A stretch of DNA of 47,858 nt from a virus: IMG/VR virus record IMGVR_UViG_3300003309_000009, positions 1 to 47,858 of that record; one strand, written 5' to 3'. Under the pieces are notes generated by a model, which saw nothing but the letters and a program-made list of their open reading frames with translations, had not been told where the DNA came from and did no database searches. The translations under genes were made by a program, and so were the position numbers. Positions 8,400 to 18,257 of the stretch are shown here, piece after piece. Each line of letters begins with the position of its first letter. Within the stretch, counting starts at the first letter, position 1.

Positions 8400-10835
8400 T
8401 TATTTATACTCCAATGTTACATGGTTATTGTGAATACTCGGAATAGATATATTTCGACTATCCATTACTAAACACTCGTGGTTAGATAAACCACCTTGTA
8501 CTTCAGCATAATGGTTAATCATAAAGATCTGACTACATTGTCCCGCATCTAGTAGAGTCTTAATATATCTTTGTAAATTCTCCCTATGCATTATATCAAA
8601 GCGAATACCAAGTTCATCTAAGAAGAGCGGATAGTCTTGTAGACCCAAATATTGTCTAGCAATTAATACAAAGCACCAGTTGATAAATTCTTTTTGGCCC
8701 TCAGAACCAAGGCTGATGTCGCCAACCCGACTTCCCTCAACATCCATAGGAAATTTATAATCCATATTCCCCTTATCATTAAGACAAGGTAATACCTCCA
8801 GTCCAACAGTCCAAACCTTAGAGATGATATCATTGATAGAATCAATGTACGTAGTGGTAAAGCCATTCATCTGATCAGCTATTTCACCTCTAATTGGACC
8901 GAGTGCATCAATGCACAGTGATAACACTTCGCCATTTTCTTTAAGTTCAACGAGATCCTTCCTAACATTCTCAAGTGAATTGATAGCCATATCTCTTTTC
9001 TGAACAATGGTTCTAAGATGAGATAACTCATCATAAAGGGATTCTTTTAGTTCTTGGGCATAGTTCTCCATAGAGACCTTAGATAGCTTAATCAGATCAT
9101 CTTGTAAACTATCTAAGATAGCAGCGGCTTGTTCTACCATTCTACTATACTGAACATAGTTTATTTTAAACTTATCATAGTACTCTAGTTTCTTATTGAT
9201 ATTCTCAATCTCACACTGGGTAACTTCGAGATCCAACTCCATCTCTTGCACGGTATGGATGTTATCACCTAACAACTCAATAGACTTAATTGCATTTTCA
9301 ATACGCTCAGCCTCAAGCTCTAGTGAGGATTGCTTGGTATCTAATTCAGCCTCAGTGCGAAGTTTAATACAGTGATTATTAAATCCTGTAAAGTTTCCAA
9401 TGATTACAGAGTTAGTCCATTCCTCAGACCAAATTAAGTTATTACCAGTGGTTCTTCTTAGACTATCTATTCTTCTACAAAGAGAAATAAACTCATCGGC
9501 TAGTCCAACTTCTTTTAGAGATTCATCAAATTTACCTTTGCCAATCTCCAGTGTTTTGAGAAGATCATCTTTCTTTGTAAGAAGCTCAGCTTTATACTCT
9601 TCAGGGTTCCTACCGCGTACATTAAAACGATAATCACATTTAGGACAGGTGTGTTCACCATCTTCCTCAACATGTGTAATTTCATTTTCAATGCGGTTAA
9701 TCTTATCTTTAACCATAGTGAGCTTGAATTCTATCTCTTCATGTATTTTGTTAATGGATTCTATCTCCTCACGAGTATAGACCTTACCATCATAGTAACC
9801 AGCAATCTCCCTGACACCAGTAATAACTTCATCACAAAGTTTGAGTGCAATGGTAGGTCGACTGAATAAGATCTCACGATCCAATGTAGACAAAGTACCC
9901 TTTATACCCGCTAACTCATTTTTAAGGCCTTCCGGCGTCATCTGCTTTTCACTTAATGAGTCCGTCACCTCTCTAGCTTGGAAAATCTTTTCTGTAAGAT
10001 CTAATCGTCTTTCGTTAAGTGTCTGACGAATACCATTAAACTTACCAATGGCCTCATTTAGATCAGAGAGGTCCTTGATACCTTCGTCTAAAAGATACAT
10101 AGGTTTATACCGATCCCACTCCTTTACCATGGTATTTAACCTAGACTGCTTGCTGATAATGGTATTCTCAATATCATCAACAGTGCCATGTTCAGAGTTA
10201 CCAATGAAGGGTATAATCTTCTGAATACGATCCTCAACACCTTTAATAAGTTCATCAATATTCTCTTCAACCATCGCATTTTCTACAGATAGATGAAGTT
10301 CTTCTTCACGTAACTTCAGATGCTTAGTAGCCCCCTGAGAATCGCGTAACATGACTTTTAGTTGATCAAACACCTTAAGCCCGTAGCTCAGCTCCAGTGG
10401 AGATATCTCCATTAACACTTCTTTACGCTTAGCAGGTGTCATTTCGGTAAAGTTTACCTGACCTACTAATAACTTGTGGATATTATCCGTATAATTAAAT
10501 TCTCTAGTAACAAGGTCACGTTGTTCAGCAATACTTTTACTCTGGTTAAGCTGCTCACCATTTTTATAAAAGAGATGTTCGCCACCACCAGACCCTTTAA
10601 ACTCAGAACTAAGCTTGTACTGATTACCAGAAAACTCGATAAAGATTGTCTTATACCCACCTTTACCATAGTTAGCTCTAACTGCAGGCATTGGATTAAG
10701 TTCTAATAATAGGCTTGACTTACCACAGCCGTTAGTCCCCAATATAGTTTGCATAGTTGCAGTAGGTTCATAGTCAATCTTTTCTATGGTTGTAAGTGGT
10801 TTGTATTTGTTTAATATTAAACGTGTAATTAACAT
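8400..10835 (-). CDS. sbcC: SbcC/Rad50-like ATPase
   Basis: Walker A GTNGCGKS, long coiled coil with CPKC zinc hook, signature-like GSEGQ, Walker B LFLDE, H-loop INH. Confidence 0.93.
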   Translation of the reverse strand: MLITRLILNKYKPLTTIEKIDYEPTATMQTILGTNGCGKSSLLLELNPMPAVRANYGKGGYKTIFIEFSGNQYKLSSEFKGSGGGEHLFYKNGEQLNQSKSIAEQRDLVTREFNYTDNIHKLLVGQVNFTEMTPAKRKEVLMEISPLELSYGLKVFDQLKVMLRDSQGATKHLKLREEELHLSVENAMVEENIDELIKGVEDRIQKIIPFIGNSEHGTVDDIENTIISKQSRLNTMVKEWDRYKPMYLLDEGIKDLSDLNEAIGKFNGIRQTLNERRLDLTEKIFQAREVTDSLSEKQMTPEGLKNELAGIKGTLSTLDREILFSRPTIALKLCDEVITGVREIAGYYDGKVYTREEIESINKIHEEIEFKLTMVKDKINRIENEITHVEEDGEHTCPKCDYRFNVRGRNPEEYKAELLTKKDDLLKTLEIGKGKFDESLKEVGLADEFISLCRRIDSLRRTTGNNLIWSEEWTNSVIIGNFTGFNNHCIKLRTEAELDTKQSSLELEAERIENAIKSIELLGDNIHTVQEMELDLEVTQCEIENINKKLEYYDKFKINYVQYSRMVEQAAAILDSLQDDLIKLSKVSMENYAQELKESLYDELSHLRTIVQKRDMAINSLENVRKDLVELKENGEVLSLCIDALGPIRGEIADQMNGFTTTYIDSINDIISKVWTVGLEVLPCLNDKGNMDYKFPMDVEGSRVGDISLGSEGQKEFINWCFVLIARQYLGLQDYPLFLDELGIRFDIMHRENLQRYIKTLLDAGQCSQIFMINHYAEVQGGLSNHECLVMDSRNISIPSIHNNHVTLEYK

Positions 10836-10898
10836 GGGATATTTCCATAAATTAACAATACATTATTCGGATATCCAATAATAAATTACGGACAAAAA

Positions 10899-10920
10899 AA
10901 TCCCTCCATATGGAGGGATT
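10899..10920 (-). terminator. Intrinsic terminator (perfect 22-bp palindrome)
   Basis: AATCCCTCCATATGGAGGGATT plus T-run on the minus strand. Confidence 0.9.
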
Positions 10921-10923
10921 AGA

Positions 10924-11835
10924 TTAGAAGTTTTCTTCAATGATTTTAATTAGCATCTGATCCACTAGATCGCGAATCTCAAGCATAAAGAAAGGACTTA
11001 CATTAGTGCCATGGAGGACATCGTTTTTGAGGTTGTATTCCGGTAGATTAGCAGTATTAAGTTTACCACTAAATTTAGCAACATAATCTTCACGATTAGA
11101 TTTATACTCCCAGTCCTCGATATCACCGGCATTAGGCTTAACCTTAGTAACTAACTTGAGTAGTTCTAATGTACCCTTTGGCTTTTTAACCTGATGAAAG
11201 TGACCAGGGAACCATCCACAGTATCCCGGTACAATTCGCATGCCTACTTTATTCTTACTACCTTTAATCGAAGCTATCGCTGTAGTGTTACGACTACGCA
11301 CACGCATAAAGTCCAGACCCATTAACTTTAATGTATCTTCAACTATTTGATAGTAGCCTTCATATAACTCCGCTGTCCTACCGCTGTCTTCAATATTAGC
11401 AACGTACTTACCGAATAAAGATAGGTCATTTAATGATTCAAGAATATCAGCTTTATTCATATGACCTTTAAGCAAAGAATAATCTAAGAGTGCTTCTTCT
11501 AGTTGCGCTCGCTTATCAGTTGGAATAAGGTCATCAGGAACAGATTTTACTTCTTTTAATAACTTAGGAATAAAGTCGTTAACTAGATCCATGAATTCAC
11601 TGTTGTAAATTTCATTGGTTAGTTTTTTAACAGCACTTTTCTTAGTATTAAATAACTTATTGAATAAACCCTCTGTACCTACATCGACATCGTATTTATA
11701 GTCTGGCGAGAGAATACGCACTGCGTTTTCAACAGCAAGTGATATATCAGCCTCAGGGTTATTTTTCAAATGCTCATTAGCAATAGTAACACCATTTATA
11801 GCGGTATTTAAAATTAAAAGATCGTCTAGATTCAT
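10924..11835 (-). CDS. Putative internal head protein with cleaved propeptide
   Basis: 303 aa; VGTE-GLF at about residue 56 fits the S/A/G-X-E prohead protease site of phiKZ-like phages; lies in a structural operon. Confidence 0.55.
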   Translation of the reverse strand: MNLDDLLILNTAINGVTIANEHLKNNPEADISLAVENAVRILSPDYKYDVDVGTEGLFNKLFNTKKSAVKKLTNEIYNSEFMDLVNDFIPKLLKEVKSVPDDLIPTDKRAQLEEALLDYSLLKGHMNKADILESLNDLSLFGKYVANIEDSGRTAELYEGYYQIVEDTLKLMGLDFMRVRSRNTTAIASIKGSKNKVGMRIVPGYCGWFPGHFHQVKKPKGTLELLKLVTKVKPNAGDIEDWEYKSNREDYVAKFSGKLNTANLPEYNLKNDVLHGTNVSPFFMLEIRDLVDQMLIKIIEENF

Positions 11836-11851
11836 TTTACAACCCCATTAA

Positions 11852-12472
11852 TTATGGCGGTGGATTGATTGCGGTGATGATGGTTTGTAAACGCTGGTTT
11901 TCATCCAGAATCTTAACGCGCTCTTCCTCAGATTTTTTATACTTAGCATAAAAAGATCCCTCAGCTAAAGAATTCGCCTTTCTCTGAGCAACCATAGCAT
12001 CCGCTCTAGATTTACTAATACCGCCTTCGATAAGACCACGATGAATAGACATACTGGCCTGCTGACCGATTGTATTTGTAACCAGCGCCAATATGTCTTG
12101 TTGCAATTGATAAAAGTCCAAATGATCAGGAATGAGTCCTAAATCAATAGCCATGATTAATCGACTATGTGGGACATTTAGATTATTTGGAAATTTTAAT
12201 ATATAGCTACTAGGGACATGGATGGTAGGACCATCGGTACTCATTAAGGTAACAATGTTAATGCCGTTGACTCTGTCCTCGCCAAAGCGCTGTTCACTTA
12301 CACCCTTTGGGTTATAAAAGCGATCATAGACATCAATGTTGTCTAGTTCCAGCTCTTCGAATCCACGAAGAGCTTCACAGCGGTAGTCTACATTACTATC
12401 AATGACCCATGGTGTACGAAGTTCGTAAGACCCAGTGGCATTGATTTGTGGAGATTTATCTTCAAAAGCCAT
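11852..12472 (-). CDS. Conserved phiKZ-like protein (gp161-like)
   Basis: GSYELRTPW, YRCEALRGF, HVPSSYILKFP, IDLGLIPD motifs; synteny. Confidence 0.7.
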   Translation of the reverse strand: MAFEDKSPQINATGSYELRTPWVIDSNVDYRCEALRGFEELELDNIDVYDRFYNPKGVSEQRFGEDRVNGINIVTLMSTDGPTIHVPSSYILKFPNNLNVPHSRLIMAIDLGLIPDHLDFYQLQQDILALVTNTIGQQASMSIHRGLIEGGISKSRADAMVAQRKANSLAEGSFYAKYKKSEEERVKILDENQRLQTIITAINPPP

Positions 12473-12489
12473 TGATAACTCCTAATTAA

Positions 12490-13785
12490 TTAAAGTGATG
12501 CTAGGTAGCTTTCCCGTGTAGCTACTGCAAATTCAGCCCCGACAATAGTACCTGTTATGTAAGTTAAATCACCACGAGTAACAGTATCGTATTCTGGATC
12601 AAGTGTTGTAGTGCCTGAAATATAATCTTCAGAGATCTGGATAAGACTATCTAGTAGTCGGATAGCTTGAATGGTTTTACTATCTAGAAGATTAATTAGG
12701 TGGGAGTTAATATTAATATTTGCAAAATCAGCAAAATCTTCGCTAAACTTTTCCCAGCCGTTAGGATTGTCTTCTTCTGGCACAATATAAAAGCCAATAG
12801 AATTGTAATTAAGTACTGAGTATTCAAGGCGATCTAATGTGCCCGATGGGTCGGCCACTGTACTAAAGTAAGAGTTGATAAGATTAGTTTTATCTTCTGG
12901 TCTTACAGTGGGAGAATAAATCGGAGATGCTAACCCCGGATTATCTTTAGCAATGTTATCCCAGGTAGGGATAACCCAATACTTATTAGTTGCTACAAGG
13001 CCCGGGATAACTTCAATCCACTGCTCGATGGTATAATTACTACCATCCACAATATCATCGGCAATCGCCCCTAGAATTTCCTCAGTAGAGGGCATAGGGC
13101 CATTAACTATAACATACCAAGTTGCGTTGAACCACTCGTTAACATTTGATAGTCTATGAACACGTAAGGTAATAGCAGCAATGTGTGAGTGCGTTGCACC
13201 AGCAACTAGAGCATTAACACGGCTCATCTCTTGACCAGCAGTTCTTGAGCCTACCTCTAGTTTACTCGCATCGAAATCATCATAGAGATCATCTTTAATA
13301 TCAACAGGGTGGATAACTTGATACTCAGGTTCGCTGTAGTCATTTACAAAGATGGAGCCTGCTAGCCACACTAAGAATGTCCAGTTCTCGCCAGAGTTTC
13401 CAGTATATTCAAAGGAAATATAACTCGGCCAGCTATCACCAGTAATGTTATTTACGATAGCAGGACCGATGTTTAAAATAGAGATATCGGTATTTAGCGC
13501 AGCATTAACCTGATCGGCTAATGTGCCACCTCCTACTTGAATAGTAGTACGAAGGTCCGCTAACTCAGTCATCACTGCTGAAATAACCGCATCACGAGAG
13601 CCAACTTCAGAACCAACTAACTCGTCTTGCTTAGTAACATATAAACGATGTGTACCTTCATTGAATACTAGGTTATCACGATCGTAAGTTTTGCCGATAG
13701 AAGGCATTTCACCAATAGTGTTATCGACATCAACGTTATTTGAAACGAACTGATCGTATTCAAAAAAACCATAAATTTTAGCCAT
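12490..13785 (-). CDS. Virion structural protein (phiKZ gp157-like)
   Basis: N-terminal IYGFF...NN...IGEM...KTY; WVIPTW and IYSP motifs; synteny next to RNase H. Confidence 0.7.
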   Translation of the reverse strand: MAKIYGFFEYDQFVSNNVDVDNTIGEMPSIGKTYDRDNLVFNEGTHRLYVTKQDELVGSEVGSRDAVISAVMTELADLRTTIQVGGGTLADQVNAALNTDISILNIGPAIVNNITGDSWPSYISFEYTGNSGENWTFLVWLAGSIFVNDYSEPEYQVIHPVDIKDDLYDDFDASKLEVGSRTAGQEMSRVNALVAGATHSHIAAITLRVHRLSNVNEWFNATWYVIVNGPMPSTEEILGAIADDIVDGSNYTIEQWIEVIPGLVATNKYWVIPTWDNIAKDNPGLASPIYSPTVRPEDKTNLINSYFSTVADPSGTLDRLEYSVLNYNSIGFYIVPEEDNPNGWEKFSEDFADFANININSHLINLLDSKTIQAIRLLDSLIQISEDYISGTTTLDPEYDTVTRGDLTYITGTIVGAEFAVATRESYLASL

Positions 13786-13882
13786 AATAGTAAGCTCCTG
13801 TGGCGCTATATGGTGGATAAGTTTCTCATATAGTATGAGCGGCGTATTTGTTTTATAGTACTTTTATTTTGGAAATTAATAA

Positions 13883-14170
13883 ATGAAGACCTTCATTGAG
13901 TTACTTAGTCATCTGCTCCACTTAATACCACCTCTGGTTGTATCTGTTATTACCAATGTTTTGCTGATTGGTTATTTTATTATTGACTACTATGTCCTAG
14001 ATTTAACCCCAGCGATTGGTAGTTATTACTCTATAAAGTTAGGGGTGTTAGAAGATAAAATAGAAAGTGTTGAAAACAGCAGTTTTAGGATTGAAAAATA
14101 TCTTCTGGAGATAAGTGAAAGTGGAAGTTGTAGATTGGTTATGACCCCACAAGACTCAGGGAAGAATTGA
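13883..14170 (+). CDS. Small membrane protein
   Basis: Hydrophobic stretch LIPPLVVSVITNVLLIGYFIIDYYVL followed by a short coiled segment; bounded by a divergent gap and a convergent terminator. Confidence 0.7.
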   Translation: MKTFIELLSHLLHLIPPLVVSVITNVLLIGYFIIDYYVLDLTPAIGSYYSIKLGVLEDKIESVENSSFRIEKYLLEISESGSCRLVMTPQDSGKN

Positions 14171-14188
14171 TAATAATTTTAGGGAAAC

Positions 14189-14222
14189 AATAAAAGAGAG
14201 CCCAATTGGGCTCTCTTTTATT
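14189..14222. terminator. Bidirectional terminator (perfect 34-bp palindrome)
   Basis: AATAAAAGAGAGCCCAATTGGGCTCTCTTTTATT between convergent genes. Confidence 0.9.
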
Positions 14223-15708
14223 TTGGTGCTATGAGGCGAAGGTTACTTTGTGGACTATAGGTTAGTAACAATTCCCCATCGCGTTCAATGACACAGAAGA
14301 ACCTAAAGCCAAACTGCTCTTCTTCATAACAGACTAACTTAACACTGACCGGAATAGTATCGTCCATTTTTAATAATGCACTAAACATATTTCGAATAGG
14401 GATATCAATTCCCACATTGACAACATAATCTTTATCAACCGATGGATTAATTTTCACATCAAAGGTTTTCCGAGGAACACCGAAGTCTTTAGCAATAGTT
14501 ATCTTACCCTTACTGCTTGTTGTGTAGATAAGGTCCGTGATATCAGTTACTACTTTCAACTCACCATCTTTATATCGACCGTAAAGTTGCGTTACTAGGA
14601 AGCTAACATTGTCTTCTAGTTTATAAAAGATATGAGGGTTCTCTGGAGATCCAATTAATGGTTCTTTCTCCATTGTAAGGACCGCAGTTCTTTTATTAGA
14701 AACCAGTGGGACAGGGCTATCTACAACTTCAGACCATTTTTGCTTGATTCTATCAACGTAAGAAAGCGCCATGGTACCCGGCATACGTTCCTTATCAAAG
14801 CCTTTTAATAAAGAATCAAACACCTCCACAGGCTCTTTAATAAGACATGCCGTTACTAATGTATCCGATGCTAATTTACCCGCGTTCTTAAGCTTATCTT
14901 CTTTTTTATCAGTAAAGGTAGAACTCGCGTAGAAGTATAGATCTTCTATCTTTTTGGTTTCTTCACCGATATAATGAATACCCCTACTACCAGCAATGAA
15001 TGGGTGGATCATTACCTTAGGTTTAGGTAGTTTCTTACCTACCGTCCCCCTGACATAGTTAATATCGTAATTACAGTTACGGGTACAGACGATTCCATAG
15101 GTCGCAGCCTTATCGGCTTCCTCGTTACCATAGACACCACTATGACCTTTAACCCAGGTAACCTTCCACGTACCACTATCCTTTCTTTCATTAGATGCAG
15201 CATGTAGTTCTTTCCATTCCATGTGATTGGCTATTGGATTCCCTTCTTTATCTTTAAAATCATTAGCTGCGGTTTTATTTAAGGTCTCAAAATTCTTTAT
15301 AACATATTTAGAGTCAATGAAGAACTCAGCGCTCCATGGACCTGAGACCTCATTAGTCTCCTTTGGTAAGTATTTAAATGCCTCAGCTAACGCTTTAATT
15401 TCTGCCGCATTATTAGTACTGACACCTTCTATACCACCAAAGCCCATACAGTAGACATTCTTACCTTCATCCCCCAGTCTTTCTGAATAAAACCCCCAAC
15501 CAGCATCACCTGGGTTTGGTCTGCATCCGCCGTCGGTATAAATACTAAAATGAGGCGGTTCGTTTAGGAAATCTGTAAGTTCTTTATAAGTAAACTTTAC
15601 ATTGTTTTTTTCGTCAATGACAATTTCATCTGAATCAGATGAATCAGAATGTTTTTCCAAGATCTTTCTAATTTTATTTTTAGGAATTTCTTTTAATGAA
15701 ATACTCAT
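14218..15708 (-). CDS. rnhA: Ribonuclease HI with long C-terminal extension (phiKZ gp155-like)
   Basis: YTDGGCRPNPG, TNNAAE, IDSKYV, WVKGHSGVYGNEEADKAA catalytic motifs. Confidence 0.93.
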   Translation of the reverse strand: MSISLKEIPKNKIRKILEKHSDSSDSDEIVIDEKNNVKFTYKELTDFLNEPPHFSIYTDGGCRPNPGDAGWGFYSERLGDEGKNVYCMGFGGIEGVSTNNAAEIKALAEAFKYLPKETNEVSGPWSAEFFIDSKYVIKNFETLNKTAANDFKDKEGNPIANHMEWKELHAASNERKDSGTWKVTWVKGHSGVYGNEEADKAATYGIVCTRNCNYDINYVRGTVGKKLPKPKVMIHPFIAGSRGIHYIGEETKKIEDLYFYASSTFTDKKEDKLKNAGKLASDTLVTACLIKEPVEVFDSLLKGFDKERMPGTMALSYVDRIKQKWSEVVDSPVPLVSNKRTAVLTMEKEPLIGSPENPHIFYKLEDNVSFLVTQLYGRYKDGELKVVTDITDLIYTTSSKGKITIAKDFGVPRKTFDVKINPSVDKDYVVNVGIDIPIRNMFSALLKMDDTIPVSVKLVCYEEEQFGFRFFCVIERDGELLLTYSPQSNLRLIAPK

Positions 15709-15777
15709 CTTTTATATTTCCGCAATGGTTCAACATACATTTGCTTTTTCTATTTTTAATTATTAAAACGGGAATAA

Positions 15778-15801
15778 AGACAGGGCTACAAAGCCCCGTC
15801 T
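15778..15801 (-). terminator. Putative terminator
   Basis: AGACGGGGCT-TTGT-AGCCCTGTCT-TTATT. Confidence 0.7.
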
Positions 15802-15924
15802 CTAAAAAGGTATGAAATCTAAAAACCAGATTACATTCTCGACCAGTAATACTCCGTTAACACCCGCTAAGATTTTACCTAGGTTAGATATAATCACCGT
15901 AGTGAATTCCACTGAACCATTCAT
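15802..15924 (-). CDS. Small hydrophobic protein (40 aa), below the ORF-track cut-off
   Basis: MNGSVEFTTVIISNLGKILAGVNGVLLVENVIWFLDFIPF; GGGGA RBS; fills the gap between the upstream stop and the terminator. Confidence 0.55.
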   Translation of the reverse strand: MNGSVEFTTVIISNLGKILAGVNGVLLVENVIWFLDFIPF

Positions 15925-15938
15925 AGCAATCCCCACTA

Positions 15939-17159
15939 TCAAAGTCTATAAATGTCAACCATGAGTGCTTTACTAATTGATTTATGAACTAGTGACTCAG
16001 CATTAGTTACAGAAATCAATTCACCGTTAGGAACAGTATCAACAAGACGATTCATGGTGATAGGTAAAGAAGATGATATTGAAACAATGTTATCCTCATA
16101 GCTATCGATGTGATACTCTCCTACAGTATTGTCGTCTAATAACAAAATGCCTTGCGGAATTCGATAATGGGTATATCTACCTTCAATAGTTGTCCTATGG
16201 AGATACTCTTTATGAATTCCAAGGTTCTCTTCATCTAAAAGAAGTAGCTCACAATTTTCTTGAAGATATTTGATAGGATCAAATGAAGATAGTAAGTAAC
16301 CATTGCTATTACTGTTAGCTGCATCTATCCATGATAGTTTATCGGCCGATCTAAATTCTTTACTGATTAAGCGATCCACATCGAGTGTTAAAGAAAGCTT
16401 TTGTCCACTTACAGACCAAAGGCCTCTATCAATCATAATAGATCCGCCAAGTACAAGAATTGGATACTTACCAGTCATATCTGGAACGATATCAATTTCA
16501 ACAAAACGTTGTACATCGGTACTAGGTCCCGCTAGCACATTTATACCTGATGCATCTGCAAATGGCACACGCTGTAATACACCTAATTCACTAAAGTCAA
16601 TGAGACTGATAGATCTCTCACTATTAGGTAAATCGGGGTGATTTAGAAAATCCATTTGGTCAATTAGATAAACATCGCCATCCTTGTACTCAATGTTGTT
16701 TACTACATTACCATTGATTAGGACTACAGAAGATTCTAATAGATCCTCCGCTGTTCCAATGCTATTGGGTCTAACAGATAGCTTTATATCCGGCTCCAGA
16801 CCAGAAGGATTTCCACTCGTGTCATATAGTGCAGATTCCACCCTGATACCCATATCAAACATAGATTTATATTTAGCCTTTTTAGGACGACCAATATGTT
16901 TGATATCTTCAAAATCAATGGTGGTAATTGTAGCCGCTGTAAAGCTCTGTAAGTAGGTTTCTAAAACAGTGTTGCTATCGGTACCACTATCACTAGAAAT
17001 CTCATTAAAATTAATCTGGTGGCTTCCTACGAGATCACCGTGGGTAACGTTAATAAAAACCTTTTCAAAGGTACTTAAAGTTCCAAAGGTCACACCACTG
17101 GGATCCAGTTTTTTCCATTCCTTTTCTTTAAGAGTAATGATGGATTCAATATTGTACAT
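15939..17159 (-). CDS. Virion structural protein (phiKZ gp139-like)
   Basis: VLINGNV, LIDFSELG, GKYPILVLGG, GRY..YRIPQGIL motifs; GGAG RBS. Confidence 0.65.
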   Translation of the reverse strand: MYNIESIITLKEKEWKKLDPSGVTFGTLSTFEKVFINVTHGDLVGSHQINFNEISSDSGTDSNTVLETYLQSFTAATITTIDFEDIKHIGRPKKAKYKSMFDMGIRVESALYDTSGNPSGLEPDIKLSVRPNSIGTAEDLLESSVVLINGNVVNNIEYKDGDVYLIDQMDFLNHPDLPNSERSISLIDFSELGVLQRVPFADASGINVLAGPSTDVQRFVEIDIVPDMTGKYPILVLGGSIMIDRGLWSVSGQKLSLTLDVDRLISKEFRSADKLSWIDAANSNSNGYLLSSFDPIKYLQENCELLLLDEENLGIHKEYLHRTTIEGRYTHYRIPQGILLLDDNTVGEYHIDSYEDNIVSISSSLPITMNRLVDTVPNGELISVTNAESLVHKSISKALMVDIYRL

Positions 17160-17251
17160 GTTTTAGAATCTCCAATGTATCTAATTAAAATGCGGGAGCA
17201 ATCGTATACAGAAAAACACAATCACAACCTCTATTTTACTGGAGTAGACGA

Positions 17252-18244
17252 ATGCCTACTACTTATCCTTTTGATTCGACTGGTAAACTGCCATCGAATA
17301 AAATTACTAATGAGTTGCATACAATCAACTCTGTAAATGGTGTTGATCATAATGCCATTATCCCCGACGCTGCGCCTTTATATGCCGATAGCCTGGTTGT
17401 TGTAAGAGATGACGGCAGTTATTTAGAACACGGTGTTGATTACGAATATATCTTCAACTGGGAACAGGCTGAACAGGCTGTTGGTAGCAATATCATTGGT
17501 GGTCTTGTATTCCTTGATAAAAATATTTTAGGTACATTTGGATTACAATACCAAACGTTAGGTGGCGTACATGTAGATAGCCCAGCTAATACAATCCAAT
17601 CTGGTCTTATTGCACTACATCAAGGTGTAAATGTTGATTGGTCTACTGCTCCTGCTACCTTCCCACCGACAGAACATACCCACCCTCTAGAGGCCCAGCC
17701 GGGTATGAATCAAATCTATGCCATGTTAGGTCACATTCGTGATGCAGTGAGTGACCCGGGTGGTCTTATTCAACTAGAGGATGTCTCTGATATTGATCAA
17801 GCTTTTATCAACCCACTATTGGGTAGGTTGGATCAAATCATTGCTGCTCTAGTAATCTCAAGTGGATTGGAGAGTTCTGTTAATGATCTAAGCGGCAAGA
17901 TGCTAAGTCTTCTTCCTTTTAATAATACAATCTCTACTGGTTCCGAAAATTATCTGGTACCCATTGCTGGGTTCTTTTATATAGCGATAGGTAAGCGTAC
18001 CTTTGTCCCTAGTGCAGAACCCGCCTCTGTTAACTTTGCTGGTTCTATTGGTACACCATTGTTTTGCACGGTAAATGTCTCTCGTACTGACACTAGTGCA
18101 GATAGCCCAACGCATGTAGTGAATCATAACTTTGCAGAAAGTAATAGAATCTCTGGTATTGAGGTCGACTATATGTCTGAGCCTGACCAAACCGAAAGGA
18201 CTTTGAGCTATATTGCAATCGGTATTAAGGTACCAACAACATAA
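17252..18244 (+). CDS. Tail fibre-related protein, anchor type A
   Basis: N-terminus YPFDSTG..SNKITNE, GVDY, QYQTLGG, FPPTEHTH characteristic of phiKZ-like fibre N-termini. Confidence 0.8.
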   Translation: MPTTYPFDSTGKLPSNKITNELHTINSVNGVDHNAIIPDAAPLYADSLVVVRDDGSYLEHGVDYEYIFNWEQAEQAVGSNIIGGLVFLDKNILGTFGLQYQTLGGVHVDSPANTIQSGLIALHQGVNVDWSTAPATFPPTEHTHPLEAQPGMNQIYAMLGHIRDAVSDPGGLIQLEDVSDIDQAFINPLLGRLDQIIAALVISSGLESSVNDLSGKMLSLLPFNNTISTGSENYLVPIAGFFYIAIGKRTFVPSAEPASVNFAGSIGTPLFCTVNVSRTDTSADSPTHVVNHNFAESNRISGIEVDYMSEPDQTERTLSYIAIGIKVPTT

Positions 18245-18257
18245 AGGTTTTTAAATT

